This document shows, in pieces, positions 40,635 through 52,209 of a stretch of 64,000 nucleotides of DNA. This DNA is from Eremomyces bilateralis CBS 781.70 (lineage: Eukaryota), in NCBI GenBank assembly GCA_010015585.1, contig ML975185.1. The stretch is one strand, 5' to 3'. Position numbers and translations under genes: made by a program. The first letter of the stretch is position 1. Every line of letters begins with the position of its first letter. The notes beneath the pieces were generated by a model. That model was given only the letters and a program-made list of their open reading frames with translations, was not told the origin of the DNA and did no database searches.

Positions 40635-42212
40635 ATGCGGCGCCAACACAAAATCTCCGACCTCGTTCACCGCAATATCTTCCCGAATCCTGGCCCGGCC
40701 GATCCACCCGACTTTGCTACCCACCTTCAAAAGAACCTCGTCAGCGAAGTACGGGTTGAAACAACCCGGTTTTATGGCTCCCTAGACACCGTCGAAGCTC
40801 GTTATCCGGGTCTCAACTACAGCCACCCTCCTCACCGAAGACGGCTTTCACGCTTTCCACACCATGCACGCCTTTTTCAAGCCTTCGATGATCTGGGACT
40901 TACGGAAACGGAGATCGGCATGCTGTGCCGTTGGGAGGGAACGCTCTGGGCTCGAGAGCGATACGAACGAGACGAAGGGGTGAAAGTTGTCGACACGACG
41001 GGCACGGAGATTGGAAAATGGGTCGATCCTCGCCGGTCATACGCCAGAAGAAACGGAGCAAATGGCGCCTCGGATGGGAATGGAGCCGCCTCTGGGAAGG
41101 AAATCAAGGTTATGACGGACATCGAGGTGGAGATCGAGGATGCTAACCAAACAACAGCTGGAGCATCTTCCTCCAGTATCCCGGCTTCCATGGCCTCGGT
41201 GATCCGTAGGTCTCGGGACACTCCAACGAGCCGCGTCCACTCCTCACGGCGAATGCTCTCTTCCGCGATCAATGCCCGATCGAATTCCCAGGCGGCATAC
41301 ATGGCGCGCGATATGCAGGGCCGTCGATTCCGAGCCTCTCCCCTGCGCACAGAATCGCCTCGACGAATGGGAGTGGAAACCGGCGATGTTGGCGATGGAA
41401 ACACAACGGCAGGCGAAGCGCTGCTCGATCGTGGCCTGACCACTCTCCTGAACCGCTTTAACGCAGTTTCCACAATGCCTGCGAACCCGAACCCCCCTCC
41501 AACATCCACGACCCCCTCTTCCTCTCTGCTCTCGAGCGACGTCGAGGAAGGCCACCCGACCGTCGATCCCTCCCTGGTCTCGCGCAATACAGCTGGTCCG
41601 ACATCGGGCTACTCTTCAGCATCGGATGCCACGTCCACATCCGAACCCCTTTCTTTCGGACGCCCTTCTACTCTGACCGCGCTATTCAACCTTCCCAATC
41701 CTCAGCGCAGATCGCTCACATCACTTAACTCGCTCCGTCTACCCATTAATGCTACAAATGCACGGAGTTTTCCCATTCCTCCAGCCAACCCTATACTCCC
41801 TCCTCTTGATGTCACCTGGGAAGATATCGCTCGAATCCTCCCCCCCGATGTTGACCGCGCGGCCGTGGCTGAGATCTGGGAGAATCTGATCAAACATCTA
41901 TCCGAGTCGATGGACGGACAGGAAGGGTCGACAGACACGGCACTTGATCCTTACCTTGACGCGAATACCATTGCTGCCACAGCCGCCAATGCGTTGCATT
42001 CGGAAACCGGCGAGGATGCGGGGAATCGCAGCGAGCGCGGGACACACCTCGCTGACTTCTCCCGCATGTCACACCCCGAAGGGGCTATGGAATTGCACCA
42101 GCAGTTACAGCATCACCAAGAGCAGATCGGGCATATGACCAGGGCAATCCAGGAGTATTACCGTATAAGGAGAGAATTGGACGGGGGCCAGGGGGCCACT
42201 GCCTCGAGCTGA
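40635..42212 (+). CDS. Conserved fungal hypothetical protein (ordered N-terminal ~130 aa, disordered remainder)
   Basis: 525-aa intronless ORF with block RFYG...YPGLNY...HRRRLSRFPHH...LCRWEGTLWARERYE. Confidence 0.8.
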   Translation: MRRQHKISDLVHRNIFPNPGPADPPDFATHLQKNLVSEVRVETTRFYGSLDTVEARYPGLNYSHPPHRRRLSRFPHHARLFQAFDDLGLTETEIGMLCRWEGTLWARERYERDEGVKVVDTTGTEIGKWVDPRRSYARRNGANGASDGNGAASGKEIKVMTDIEVEIEDANQTTAGASSSSIPASMASVIRRSRDTPTSRVHSSRRMLSSAINARSNSQAAYMARDMQGRRFRASPLRTESPRRMGVETGDVGDGNTTAGEALLDRGLTTLLNRFNAVSTMPANPNPPPTSTTPSSSLLSSDVEEGHPTVDPSLVSRNTAGPTSGYSSASDATSTSEPLSFGRPSTLTALFNLPNPQRRSLTSLNSLRLPINATNARSFPIPPANPILPPLDVTWEDIARILPPDVDRAAVAEIWENLIKHLSESMDGQEGSTDTALDPYLDANTIAATAANALHSETGEDAGNRSERGTHLADFSRMSHPEGAMELHQQLQHHQEQIGHMTRAIQEYYRIRRELDGGQGATASS

Positions 42213-42691
42213 AGCCAAGCGGTTCAGAGGGAATGTCGAGAGAGGAATCTATCAAATTTGTGTGTTGAGCTCATCCGCTAATGGAAAAGATCACGTCCGA
42301 CGGGCACCCAATGCTTGATGAAGACGGTCAAAATTCAAGAGAGTTTTCAGCTTGTGGCGGGGAATAAATGGGGTTATCACAGCCCGTGGGACGTCTGGGG
42401 ACCCAGCAAAGCTCTAAGACGAAAGAAAGTACAGGTTTGAAGCTGAGGCGGTCAAATACTCGAACCGACAATACATGGTTTATAAATGTTCAAAACCTCG
42501 TTTCTAGACGCCCAGGTGCAATTCTTCTCCGTGAAGACCGACAACCGGCCGCTCTATGGTGCGTACGCGCCGCCCCATGATGAAATCCAACATGCCAGCA
42601 GATACGCCTTTCCCACTACTATTAAAAGAAATGAAGTGATCTCTTCCGCGCGTATCCAAATTTCTCAATGCATTCGCCCACAAACCTCCAC

Positions 42692-43888
42692 TTACTTAAA
42701 CTCACACGCTTGCTCCGGGGGCGGCACCCCCGCCCCCGTATTCGCGTCCCGCTCACAGCCCACCACGACCTTATCAATCAACGAGGACGCCCGATCCTTC
42801 CACGTCTCCTGGCACCGCCACCCGACGTCCTTGTCGTTAAGGCAGAACCGCACGCAGCAGCCCGATGTCCGCGGCGTGAAGATGTACGACTCTCCCATGA
42901 ACGGGAGCACGAAAATCCCCGCGCCAGGCACGTTCGCGTTGATTCCGGAGTAATTGGCCTCATCGTATAGCGCGAGGGAGAAGTTGGCCGCGGGCCACTG
43001 AGGAGATTGCACCGCGAGCGTTGGGGCGGCGGATGACGAGGAAGAGGTGGACGAGGGCGACGCGGACAACGAAGCGGACGACGAAGCGGAGGAAGACTCG
43101 GTGGAATTGGCGGCGGCACTGGAGGGCGCGGGTTTGGGGCTCTTCGCGGCGATGCTGCCGCCCACGCCTCCGCCAATCGCGGCTCCCACCACGACTAAGG
43201 CCACCACGATGAGGACCAGCCAGAACACGTTCCGCTTCATTCCCAAAATCGGTCGTTTGGCCTTGGGCTTTCCCTCGCCGTTCTCCGCATCGTTGCCGCC
43301 CGATCTCGGCGCAATCGGCGCACTGGATCCCGCCGCAGCTGGAATGTCGTCTGCCACATGCTCCGGCGCATAATGCGCTCCGGAAAGATATCCCGGCGGC
43401 CGTCCGATCACCTTGTGGTGACCGACGACGATGTATTTCTGCTGCGCCTCTGGGGCGGTGTCGTCCGCGACCAGATACTTGGGCGAATCCTCCGCTGTCT
43501 TCTCGTCTTGGAAGATGTACTTCCTGGGGTCGGCCTCGGATGTCGCCGATAGGGGTTGCGGGTGCGATAGAGGGGTGTCTGGAGTCTCCGAAGTTGGCGA
43601 GTGCGACCCCGAGCGCGGCACGTCGGAGGCGTTGGCAGCGACGAAGTACTTGGGTTCAAGTTCGCTTCGTCTTAGGCGTGGATCATGGGATGGGGAGATC
43701 GAGCTTGGGACGAGGTCGGACTCGCTAGGGAGATCTGTCGGGGAGGCGTTGTCCGTCGGGCTGGTTGGTGGATTGCTGACGGGAGAAGCGACGGCTCGGA
43801 GATTGAAGTCATGATGATCTTGAGGTCCGATGGGGGAGACGATATCGATAGGCGGCGAATTCGCGGTGGCACCAGGGCGGTCGCTCAT
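42692..43888 (-). CDS. Single-pass type II membrane protein with Ser-rich stalk and small Cys-rich C-terminal domain
   Basis: 398-aa ORF; KR-flanked TM segment (VFWLVLIVVALVVVGAAIGGGVGG), Ser/Thr linker, 6-Cys tail. Confidence 0.8.
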   Translation of the reverse strand: MSDRPGATANSPPIDIVSPIGPQDHHDFNLRAVASPVSNPPTSPTDNASPTDLPSESDLVPSSISPSHDPRLRRSELEPKYFVAANASDVPRSGSHSPTSETPDTPLSHPQPLSATSEADPRKYIFQDEKTAEDSPKYLVADDTAPEAQQKYIVVGHHKVIGRPPGYLSGAHYAPEHVADDIPAAAGSSAPIAPRSGGNDAENGEGKPKAKRPILGMKRNVFWLVLIVVALVVVGAAIGGGVGGSIAAKSPKPAPSSAAANSTESSSASSSASLSASPSSTSSSSSAAPTLAVQSPQWPAANFSLALYDEANYSGINANVPGAGIFVLPFMGESYIFTPRTSGCCVRFCLNDKDVGWRCQETWKDRASSLIDKVVVGCERDANTGAGVPPPEQACEFK

Positions 43889-45714
43889 GATCGCGTCCAG
43901 ATTTCCACCCTTCTACGCTCGAAACCCACGAAACCCACGAAACCCGGACAAGAGCACCCGTAACTTTTTTGGCTACATCCAAACGTACGACAAATATACG
44001 CAACTTGATGGCAGTGGACGAGGAATGAGGTGAAGAATATGAAAGAGAACATTTCGATACGTACATTCGGACTACGGGGCCATGATTCTCATTTTCTAGC
44101 TCTCTTCCAAGTTCCAAGTTCCAGGTCAAAGCATTCAAGCCATTGAGCACTCAAGCACTTGAGCGGGAGTATAATTACCCCTCCAATCTACTTCCGCTAA
44201 ATGAGGCTGAGCGGGTCCAAAGCTCGTATTGCGATGCAGGCGGCATGGAGTCTGGGGACTGGAGAATGTTCCTGTTCAACGGCGCCATGGCTCTGATTCG
44301 CCCTTCGGATTTCTCTACCCTGTGCTGTGAAACGGGCCGATCGCTGCTTGGGAGGCGGATTTGGAAAAAAGTCTGGCCATTTGGCAATTGGCATGATGGT
44401 GGGAAAACTCGCATGCCGGGGTCTGGTTGCACTCTGCAGTGGTGACGCCAGTCTGAGACTCCGTCCACCTCGCCTGTGTAATATATTAGATACATCTTCC
44501 AGTCCTGGTATCGTTCCATGTTCCACCACTGCTAAAAATAATCGTGGTTTCAGCGGTTACATGCGTCTTCTGTCCTCTGTACACCCCTCAGTGGTGACTT
44601 TGAAGTTTGCACCACGGGAGTGAAGTAAGAGACCGGATTGAGCATTACTATTTACACGCGCTGCCAAGTGCAATCTCCGTCCCGCCGTCTCTAACAATGA
44701 CTCCTTTATTGACCTTGTTAATTGCCTACCTAAGCAGCTGCTTCATGCCTTAGGATCGCTAGTTAAGCATTAGCACGTTTAGCACAGTCTTTGTGCTTCC
44801 TGTGTGAGCGGTCGGTCAGTTTGCTAGTTGATATGGTCAATCCATCGATGAAATATTTGAACGGGAGATGATCATCATATGCCAGACCAGAATTACGGTA
44901 CCTCCGTAAATCAGTAACTCTCTCTCTCGTGAGATGATGAGAGAGATGAAATCGAAGAGTCAAGAGGCGAAAGCCGGCGAAATATTCCGTACCGGTATGG
45001 GGATTTTCACCACCTTGGATACGTCTCGGAGCACTTCTCCATCACCAACTTTTGTCTACCACAGACCACAGCCCACATATCCTCGAAAGACCGAGAAATG
45101 CGTAACTATGAGGACCAATCTTGATTCTTTTGCCCTTAGAAACCTAGGATTGCTCGCCAGCCGATATTAAATTGTTAATAATGCACACCTAATGCCAACG
45201 AGCTTTGTTGACCATCGGGGACCAACTCAGCCTGATTTCATGTGGAGTGCACCGCATTGCAGGGAAGAGTTCTTAACTTGCATCAATTGCGAGGCAACCC
45301 CATCTTTTGTATCCCTCATCCTGGAGGGGTTATGCGCTCATATAACCAGGGGAAGGGAGAGAAGCAGTTGGGAGTTAACAAAAATCTTGTGATTGACTTT
45401 GGAATTTGCATGAAGTGGAGCTGGGTAGAAGTGTCCATATCCACAAGACGAGCACATCTCTTGAGCATGGCGAGCTCTCCCCCGGCCGGATACAGACGGT
45501 CTAGGTCAGTGGAGATATCACATAAGATTTAAAAAGACCTGGTCTCAGTCTAGACCTCGGAATATCTCGCTCCAAAGATATCCCGTAATGGACACTCGAG
45601 AAGCTACCTGTCAGCAAGCTAAATCTGCAAGTCATTGGGATAGGAGAGCTTCTGGTCCCCAAGCTACATTATCGAAGTACAGCACAAGTACAGCACAAGT
45701 ACACGTGGATCATC

Positions 45715-46622
45715 ATGCCCAACCTCCTCAAAGACAAAGTCGCGGTCATCACTGGCGGGACAAGCGGCATCGGAAGAGCTATCGCGTTGGAATATCTCAA
45801 AGAAGGTGCCAGTGTGGTGATCAATCATCTTGGCGATGACCTCTCAACCCGGAATTTGGAGGGTATGAAAAGCGAGGCATCGTTTGGTTCCACTTTGTTG
45901 GGAATCGCCGGGGATATCTCGCAGCAAGAGACGGCCGTCGAGCTGATCCGGTTTGCGCTGGAACAGCTCGGCCGAATAGACATCTTCGTTAGCAACGCAG
46001 GAGTCTGTCAATTTGCCGAGTTCCTTTCGTACGTCCTTGCGATATCATGGCCTAAATTGCATTCCCGCGGTGTGTGGATACGCGTTGACGTGTTCAAGGC
46101 TCGAGAAGGACCTCTTCGACTCCACCATCTCCATCAACCTCTCCGGCGCCTTCTATGCGACTCAAGCTGCTGCACGCCAAATGGTAGCGCAAGGAACTGG
46201 CGGCTCGATCATTGCAATATCGTCCATATCAGCATTGGTCGGGGGTGAGTATCAATCCCATTATACCCCCACGAAGGCAGGCGTCCTGTCACTTATGCAG
46301 TCTTGTGCTTGTGCCCTCGGCAAGTACAACATCCGGTGTAACGCGTTGCTGCCGGGGACGATCAGAACACAGTTGAACGAGGAGGATCTGAAAGACCAGG
46401 AGAAACGGAAGTATATGGAGGGTCGCATTCCGCTGGGCAGAACTGGGGTCCCAGAGGACCTCGCTGGACCAGCGGTGTTCTTAGCGAGCGACATGAGTAG
46501 ATATGTGGTATGTCTTCAAACTGGTGACTGAGTGAAGCACTATGAATGTGGATGCACTGACACACTCACAGAATGGAGCACAACTTCTTGTAGATGGAGG
46601 ACTATTTGTCAACCTTCAATAA
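45715..46622 (+). CDS. LRA1: L-rhamnose 1-dehydrogenase (SDR)
   Basis: TGGTSGIG, NAGVCQFAEFL, SSISALVGG, HYTPTKAG, LPGTIRTQLN, C-terminal LLVDGGLFVNLQ typical of fungal LRA1; 2 introns; cluster context. Confidence 0.85.
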
Positions 46623-46633
46623 GTGTAAGACTG

Positions 46634-47830
46634 TCACGGATTAGTCTTTTCAAGCCAAGAATCATTTTTCAGGCGATATGCTTCAGTAGCTGTGCCGATC
46701 CATATTTTTTCCCTTTCGTTCTCGGAGGCAGTGTATCGCTCGACAATCAGTTCCACCACATTCCTCCGGTGCCGCCAGGACTGTTCCAATCCTGGTCCTC
46801 GGACGGTGCAGACAGGCCAGTCACTGCCGAACATAATCCTTCGCGGTCTGAAGGAGTCAAATATGACATCTAACCACGGCTTCATATGGGACATAATCTG
46901 GGCCGGCTGTATATTCTGGGCGTCTTGTGGTCGCATGTCAGAAAAGGCGCCCGATAACTTCAGGTACGTGTTGAGGAATGCTGCAAAAGCGCGCATGAAT
47001 TTGCTCCATTTTTGGAACGCCTGGTCCTCCTTATCCCATTCTTCCGCGCTGTTTTCCATATCAGCTTTGCACAGATGGTCTTTCCTTCAGTCAGCCCAAG
47101 CCCTGATAAGTTATAGACATGTACTGTACGTACTCAATACGAACGTCACCCTCTTCTCTCCTCCCTTTTCAGCTGCCGCATTGACTTTCCTCATCATCTC
47201 GACGACCATTTCCATCTGCCAGACACCGACACTCCTCGAATCGACGCCTATATCGAAAGCCAGCCCCTGCCTTCCAAGTTCTAACAGAGAACTTTCAAAA
47301 CTCCCCCTGTCAGTCTGCATCCGCTGCAGGGCTTCCGGCTCGGTGGCGGCTTGGAGCAGCAACCGTACTCCACAGACTTTCCCCCATAGCCGCTCTCCTG
47401 AAATCAGTTTCGCTCGTTCCAAGTAATCACGCATGACCTCTTCTCCACGATCCATCGGTCCCCAAATGACCATTCCTTGCACTGTCCCGTTGCCACTACC
47501 GGCTTCCTCCTCTTCGAGCTCAATCATTGCCCTCACATCGGCAATCTCGGCAAGCTTCTCCGTCGCCCAGCCATCAATGTTGTCGTCTGGCAGACCCCTG
47601 GGGCCTTCAGTTCTATCCGTTTCTATGTATATGGCGCCGACGACGATGTACGACGAGTCGGACGTCGATTGTGCCTTGCTAACAGAGCGGTACTCTGCAA
47701 TGGTGGCTGGAAAGGCCAGTATATGTTTGGCGTCCGATGATGGGGGTTCCATCCAGGGGTGAGGGAGTGGGGAGGCCGCGTGGGAAGGCCATAGGTGGAT
47801 ATGGGAGTCGAGGATCAGAGTGGGAAGCAT
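46634..47830 (-). CDS. LRA2: L-rhamnono-gamma-lactonase (amidohydrolase_2)
   Basis: ILDSHIHLWP, IYIETDR, GVRLLLQ, HLCK, LKLSGAFS, RIMFGSDWPVC; adjacent to LRA1; start position uncertain. Confidence 0.8.
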
Positions 47831-48526
47831 TTCCAGCCCATCCGTTCGCTGTAGGCTGGGTGGATTGGACACCTTAGACTGCTGTTAGATAAGGTAACTA
47901 TCAGTAATTCCTCGATTATTCTCCGCTACCTCGAAACCTGGCAGATCTCCGAATTGTATGTATGTGAGTTCAGGAAGAGCCACTCCAGGTTACATCGTCC
48001 ATTATCGTTCGGCGGAAGGTGAATCTGATTTACGGAAGAAGGCATCTGCTTCGCTAGTCCTTACGAAGCCCCACTGTTCAGAATTCAATACGGGCACTTT
48101 CAATGATTACTGAATTCATACTTGGCCTGTAGATGATCTGAAATCAAGCCTTTTTCGAACAAGCACCAGAGTTGAAGTCGTCACGCCCCATCCATTGAGA
48201 GTGTGTGGACACGACCGGCTGTTCTATTCTGTTGAATACATGTGTGGGGCATCCCGTACCCCGCGTTCGGTGGAAAGGGTCCCGAGTCGGATAAAAGGGG
48301 CGATAATGATGTCGGACGGATGATCTCACACGCTGCAGCTAAGAAAGGTGTCGTGTCTCGTGCGGAGTGCCGACGCCATTCACTTTCAGCAGTCCTCCGT
48401 ATACGATAGAAGTGGTAGAACAATCCCAAGCCCTCACTGTTTGCGTTTATTGAATCGTTTACCGATTGCCAGGATCAATTTCCTTATTCTAGTCATATAT
48501 ATTCCAACCTGAAGTCAAGCGCAAGC

Positions 48527-49701
48527 ATGGTCGCTTCTCCACCGCCAGGGATATTTGTGCCGGTACGATTAGGTGGCTTATATTGTAGAAACGACGCAGA
48601 AGTAAATACTGATATGCCTCTTTTTCTATACAGGTCCCTACATTCTTTGTTTCCAGATCGCACCTGTCCTACAATTCAGCTAATCCTCCCATTGATCTCG
48701 CTGCGCAATGTGCCCACGCATTACACCTGGCCTCAAACGGCATCCGTGGGCTAGTCCTCCTCGGCTCGACTGGAGAAGCAGTTCATTTGACGATGATGGA
48801 ACGGGATCACGTTCTAAAAGGAGTCCGAAAAGCGCTAGAGGGGGGAGGATTCAAAGGATACCCGCTCATTGCCGGTACAGCGAGTCAGAGCATCGAGGAA
48901 GTACTCCTCCAGTTACGTCAAGCCGCCGATGCGGGCGTACAATGGGGATTGTGCCTAGCCCCAGGCTACTTTGCGAGTAATGTCAGTCAGGAAGGAATCA
49001 AACAGTGGTTCAGAGAGATCGCAAATAAGAGTCCGATACCGATTATGGTGTAAGTGGAAATGTGCTGATGCACCCAGTACTCGCCATTAGTACAGCGGTC
49101 AACAACTCCCATTGAAAGTCGATGGCCCTGGCGCGCAAATGGAGTGTGGACTAACTCTACGCCCAGATATCATTACCCTGGAGTGTCGAACAATATCACC
49201 GTGTCTCCAGCAACCATGGCAGAGCTTTCTCAACATCCCAACATTGTCGGCTGCAAACTCTCCCATGGCGCTGTCGATGACCACGCTCTTGTTTCTCTAA
49301 ATCCAAAGATAAACCACGAACAATTCCGCCTCTTCACTGGATTCGGCCAGCATTTACTTCCCGTGCTCTCTGTCGGGGGTGCTGGGGCCATTGACGGACT
49401 AGCGGGGATTTTCCCCAAGTGTGTCGTGAGGTTATATAACCTTTTCGAACAGGGTCGTAACGGAGACGAGAGAGTCTGGAACGAGATGCGGGCGCTGCAG
49501 TTTGCAATCTGCGGAGGGGAAAAGCTGATTGCCAAATGGGGGACTATTGGTATCAAAGAAGCAACCAGTCGGATTGTGGGAATAGGGGACAGGGATGGAG
49601 GGAGACTGCCGTTACAAGGTGGAATTCCTGGAGGCGATGCGGAATGGGAGCAGTGGAAGACGGTTATGGATGATCTGGTGGCTATAGAAAAGAGCTTGTG
49701 A
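48527..49701 (+). CDS. LRA4: L-2-keto-3-deoxyrhamnonate aldolase (DHDPS/NAL family)
   Basis: VPVPTFF, GLVLLGSTGE, YHYPGVSNNI, HPNIVGCKLSHG (Schiff-base Lys), TGFGQHLLPVL; resembles yeast LRA4 as I recall it; 2 introns. Confidence 0.75.
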
Positions 49702-52209
49702 GACTAGTAGAGTGACTGATGTTGATCATATTGCACATAAGCATCCACGGTCCGAGTCTCACCCAATAAGGCCGCCCATTATCCGTAGAAAATCAATGGT
49801 TAGAAAAGCGCCCTCTTTGGTATGCCCCTGGCTATCATCTTCCCCCTTTGCTAAATTCATCAATATAATCTAGGAAGTGATTCGGCCTCAGAGGTGTTGC
49901 GATGCATAACACCACCTTGTATGCCTGTCTAGAAGCTGGTGGTATACTGACCCTTTTGACAGTCTGTATGGGCATCAGAACCAGATTATTCGCTAAATTG
50001 ACTATTCCAAAGGATGGCTTCCCTGAACTCGTGAACCAACAGCGAGAGTTGGTTGAATCGATAATTAAGCCGCCATATGCTGTTGAGCTTATGGAAAGCG
50101 GCCACTAACCGACCACCATCTACTGCTTGATATGATTCGCATGAGGCATTGGGGCCCCGCAAACGTCGGCAGCCATCACTGCCTTTCGAGCTGGATTTTG
50201 GCCAGGGGTATTACCGGGTGCCCTCCTTTAATTGCTTGGAATCAAGCTCTACATCAACAAGGTTGGTGCGAAAGGTTTGTAGTTCAGTCCGTTCAGTCCG
50301 TTCAGTACCGGAGACAATGTCCACACACACTCCCTGAACTAGCGCATTGATCCCACATGCATCGATATCGACTAAGTTGCAGGCAATGGAGGCAATCAAG
50401 AGCACTCATTCGCGTGGGATTGACTGATAGTTTCAAATAGGAGAGAAGGAGATGGATTACCGCAGTCATCAAGTCAGGTTTGCCATTTCCATTTGTATAT
50501 TCTAGATTTCCGTATGTCGGCCTATCGACGAACCAAACAGAACCGGGGTATCCGGATTTGAAGGTGTAGATGGCACTGCAGCCTCGCTCCATCCTTCAGC
50601 CTACATCAGCGAAGTGTTGTACCGACTTATACAAAACTAAACGATCATACAAAAGGGGATGTTAACTTAGGCTATAAGTGTGACGTCGAGAAATTTCGAA
50701 CCCGTGGATGTACGCGTCCGCCCGGGAACAGTGTTATACATATCAGGATGACAGGCCGTACTCTATCTAGTGTCCCCAGAACCGATATCAGGTCGTACTA
50801 AACTTTGACGACTAAGCAACGACTGGTATAATGCGTTACGGAGCCGGACGGATGGTGAATCGCTTGAATGCAAATCTTTGGGACCTGCCACATTCTTAGC
50901 ATCATTACGGTTTAGTACATTTGTCCCGTACAAGGATGCGGACCCGTATCTAGGATGTAATAGGAACTACACTGATCAAGACCAGGGGGATTGTTGAACG
51001 CTGAACTACTAGCCTACTAGTATTCCGTATCGGCTACTGTGCTATGGCTCTATATCGGCAGCGTACTTACCCCAGTCTAGTCTTGGGTTAGGTTAATTGC
51101 GCAATGCGGGTATCAATGTACGATGGTTCGGTTACATGGTAGAATGCCCAATGGAATTCCTCTGTTAAAATGCTCATGCAGTCTCTAGCGCCATAGAAAA
51201 TTTGAAAGAGAATCCCCAGCATTCCCATCAATTCGACGCCATAATCAGTCAACAACTCAGGGGAGACCCAGCCACTGCAGAGTGTTGTGGAACGGTAAAT
51301 ACAGTAAGGATTAATAAGGAGTGATCGAACGATGCATGCGGTATGCTAGTTCGGTCGTCAAGAGCTATGATGGGCTTGAGATGACTTGCATGCACCGTAT
51401 TAAAGCTGATTTAGCGCACTGATTTGCATCGTGACTGGTGTATATTTCCTCGAACAAACCTGGCTGCTTAGAGTGTATCTAAGATGGTCTGATCTTCCAG
51501 TGAAGATGCCTTTCTCGGACATCTTGATTCTTGCCCTATCGCCGACCGCGTCCAATATCGGATCGAACTATCGGGAGGAAGTGGGCCCTAACAGCTAAAA
51601 CCTGGAATATATGACGAATCCGGAGGACGCCATGGTAGATCCGACCCTTTGACGATCAATGACCCCAAAGATCAGCTCTTTATACGACGTTACGGTACCA
51701 AAAATCCATCCCATCCGCTAATGTATTCTGGCAACATAGATAACAAGATCATGAACATCTTATGGAGCGAATAGCGCGACACTAGATGATATTCCGTATT
51801 ATAGGTGTGTGCATAAGACCTGTGAGGGGGGGATGCCTGTCTCTACAACAACCAGAAGTCTGAACAACGACACACCGATGACTCCTACAGGCCCCAGAAA
51901 GAATACGAATCTTGAGATACAATGATCCAGTTACAAATATCGCAATGAGCTCTTTCCTGCGCTCGAGAATGCGTTAAACATTAATACGAACCAGGTGACA
52001 GAATTCAATTTCCATAAAAACTCCCATAAACTCCGTGATTTGAGCGATGCAACTCGCCAATGCGATTGGACACTATTGGACTTGATCCAGACACACATGC
52101 GCTGAAGAATAAACTTTTGAATAGAAACAGTCGAATGAAATATTGGAGCATTCGGTGGTTTAGTGCGGGTAGTCATCCAAAGGACCGCATGCACATAAGC
52201 TGCAGCTGC

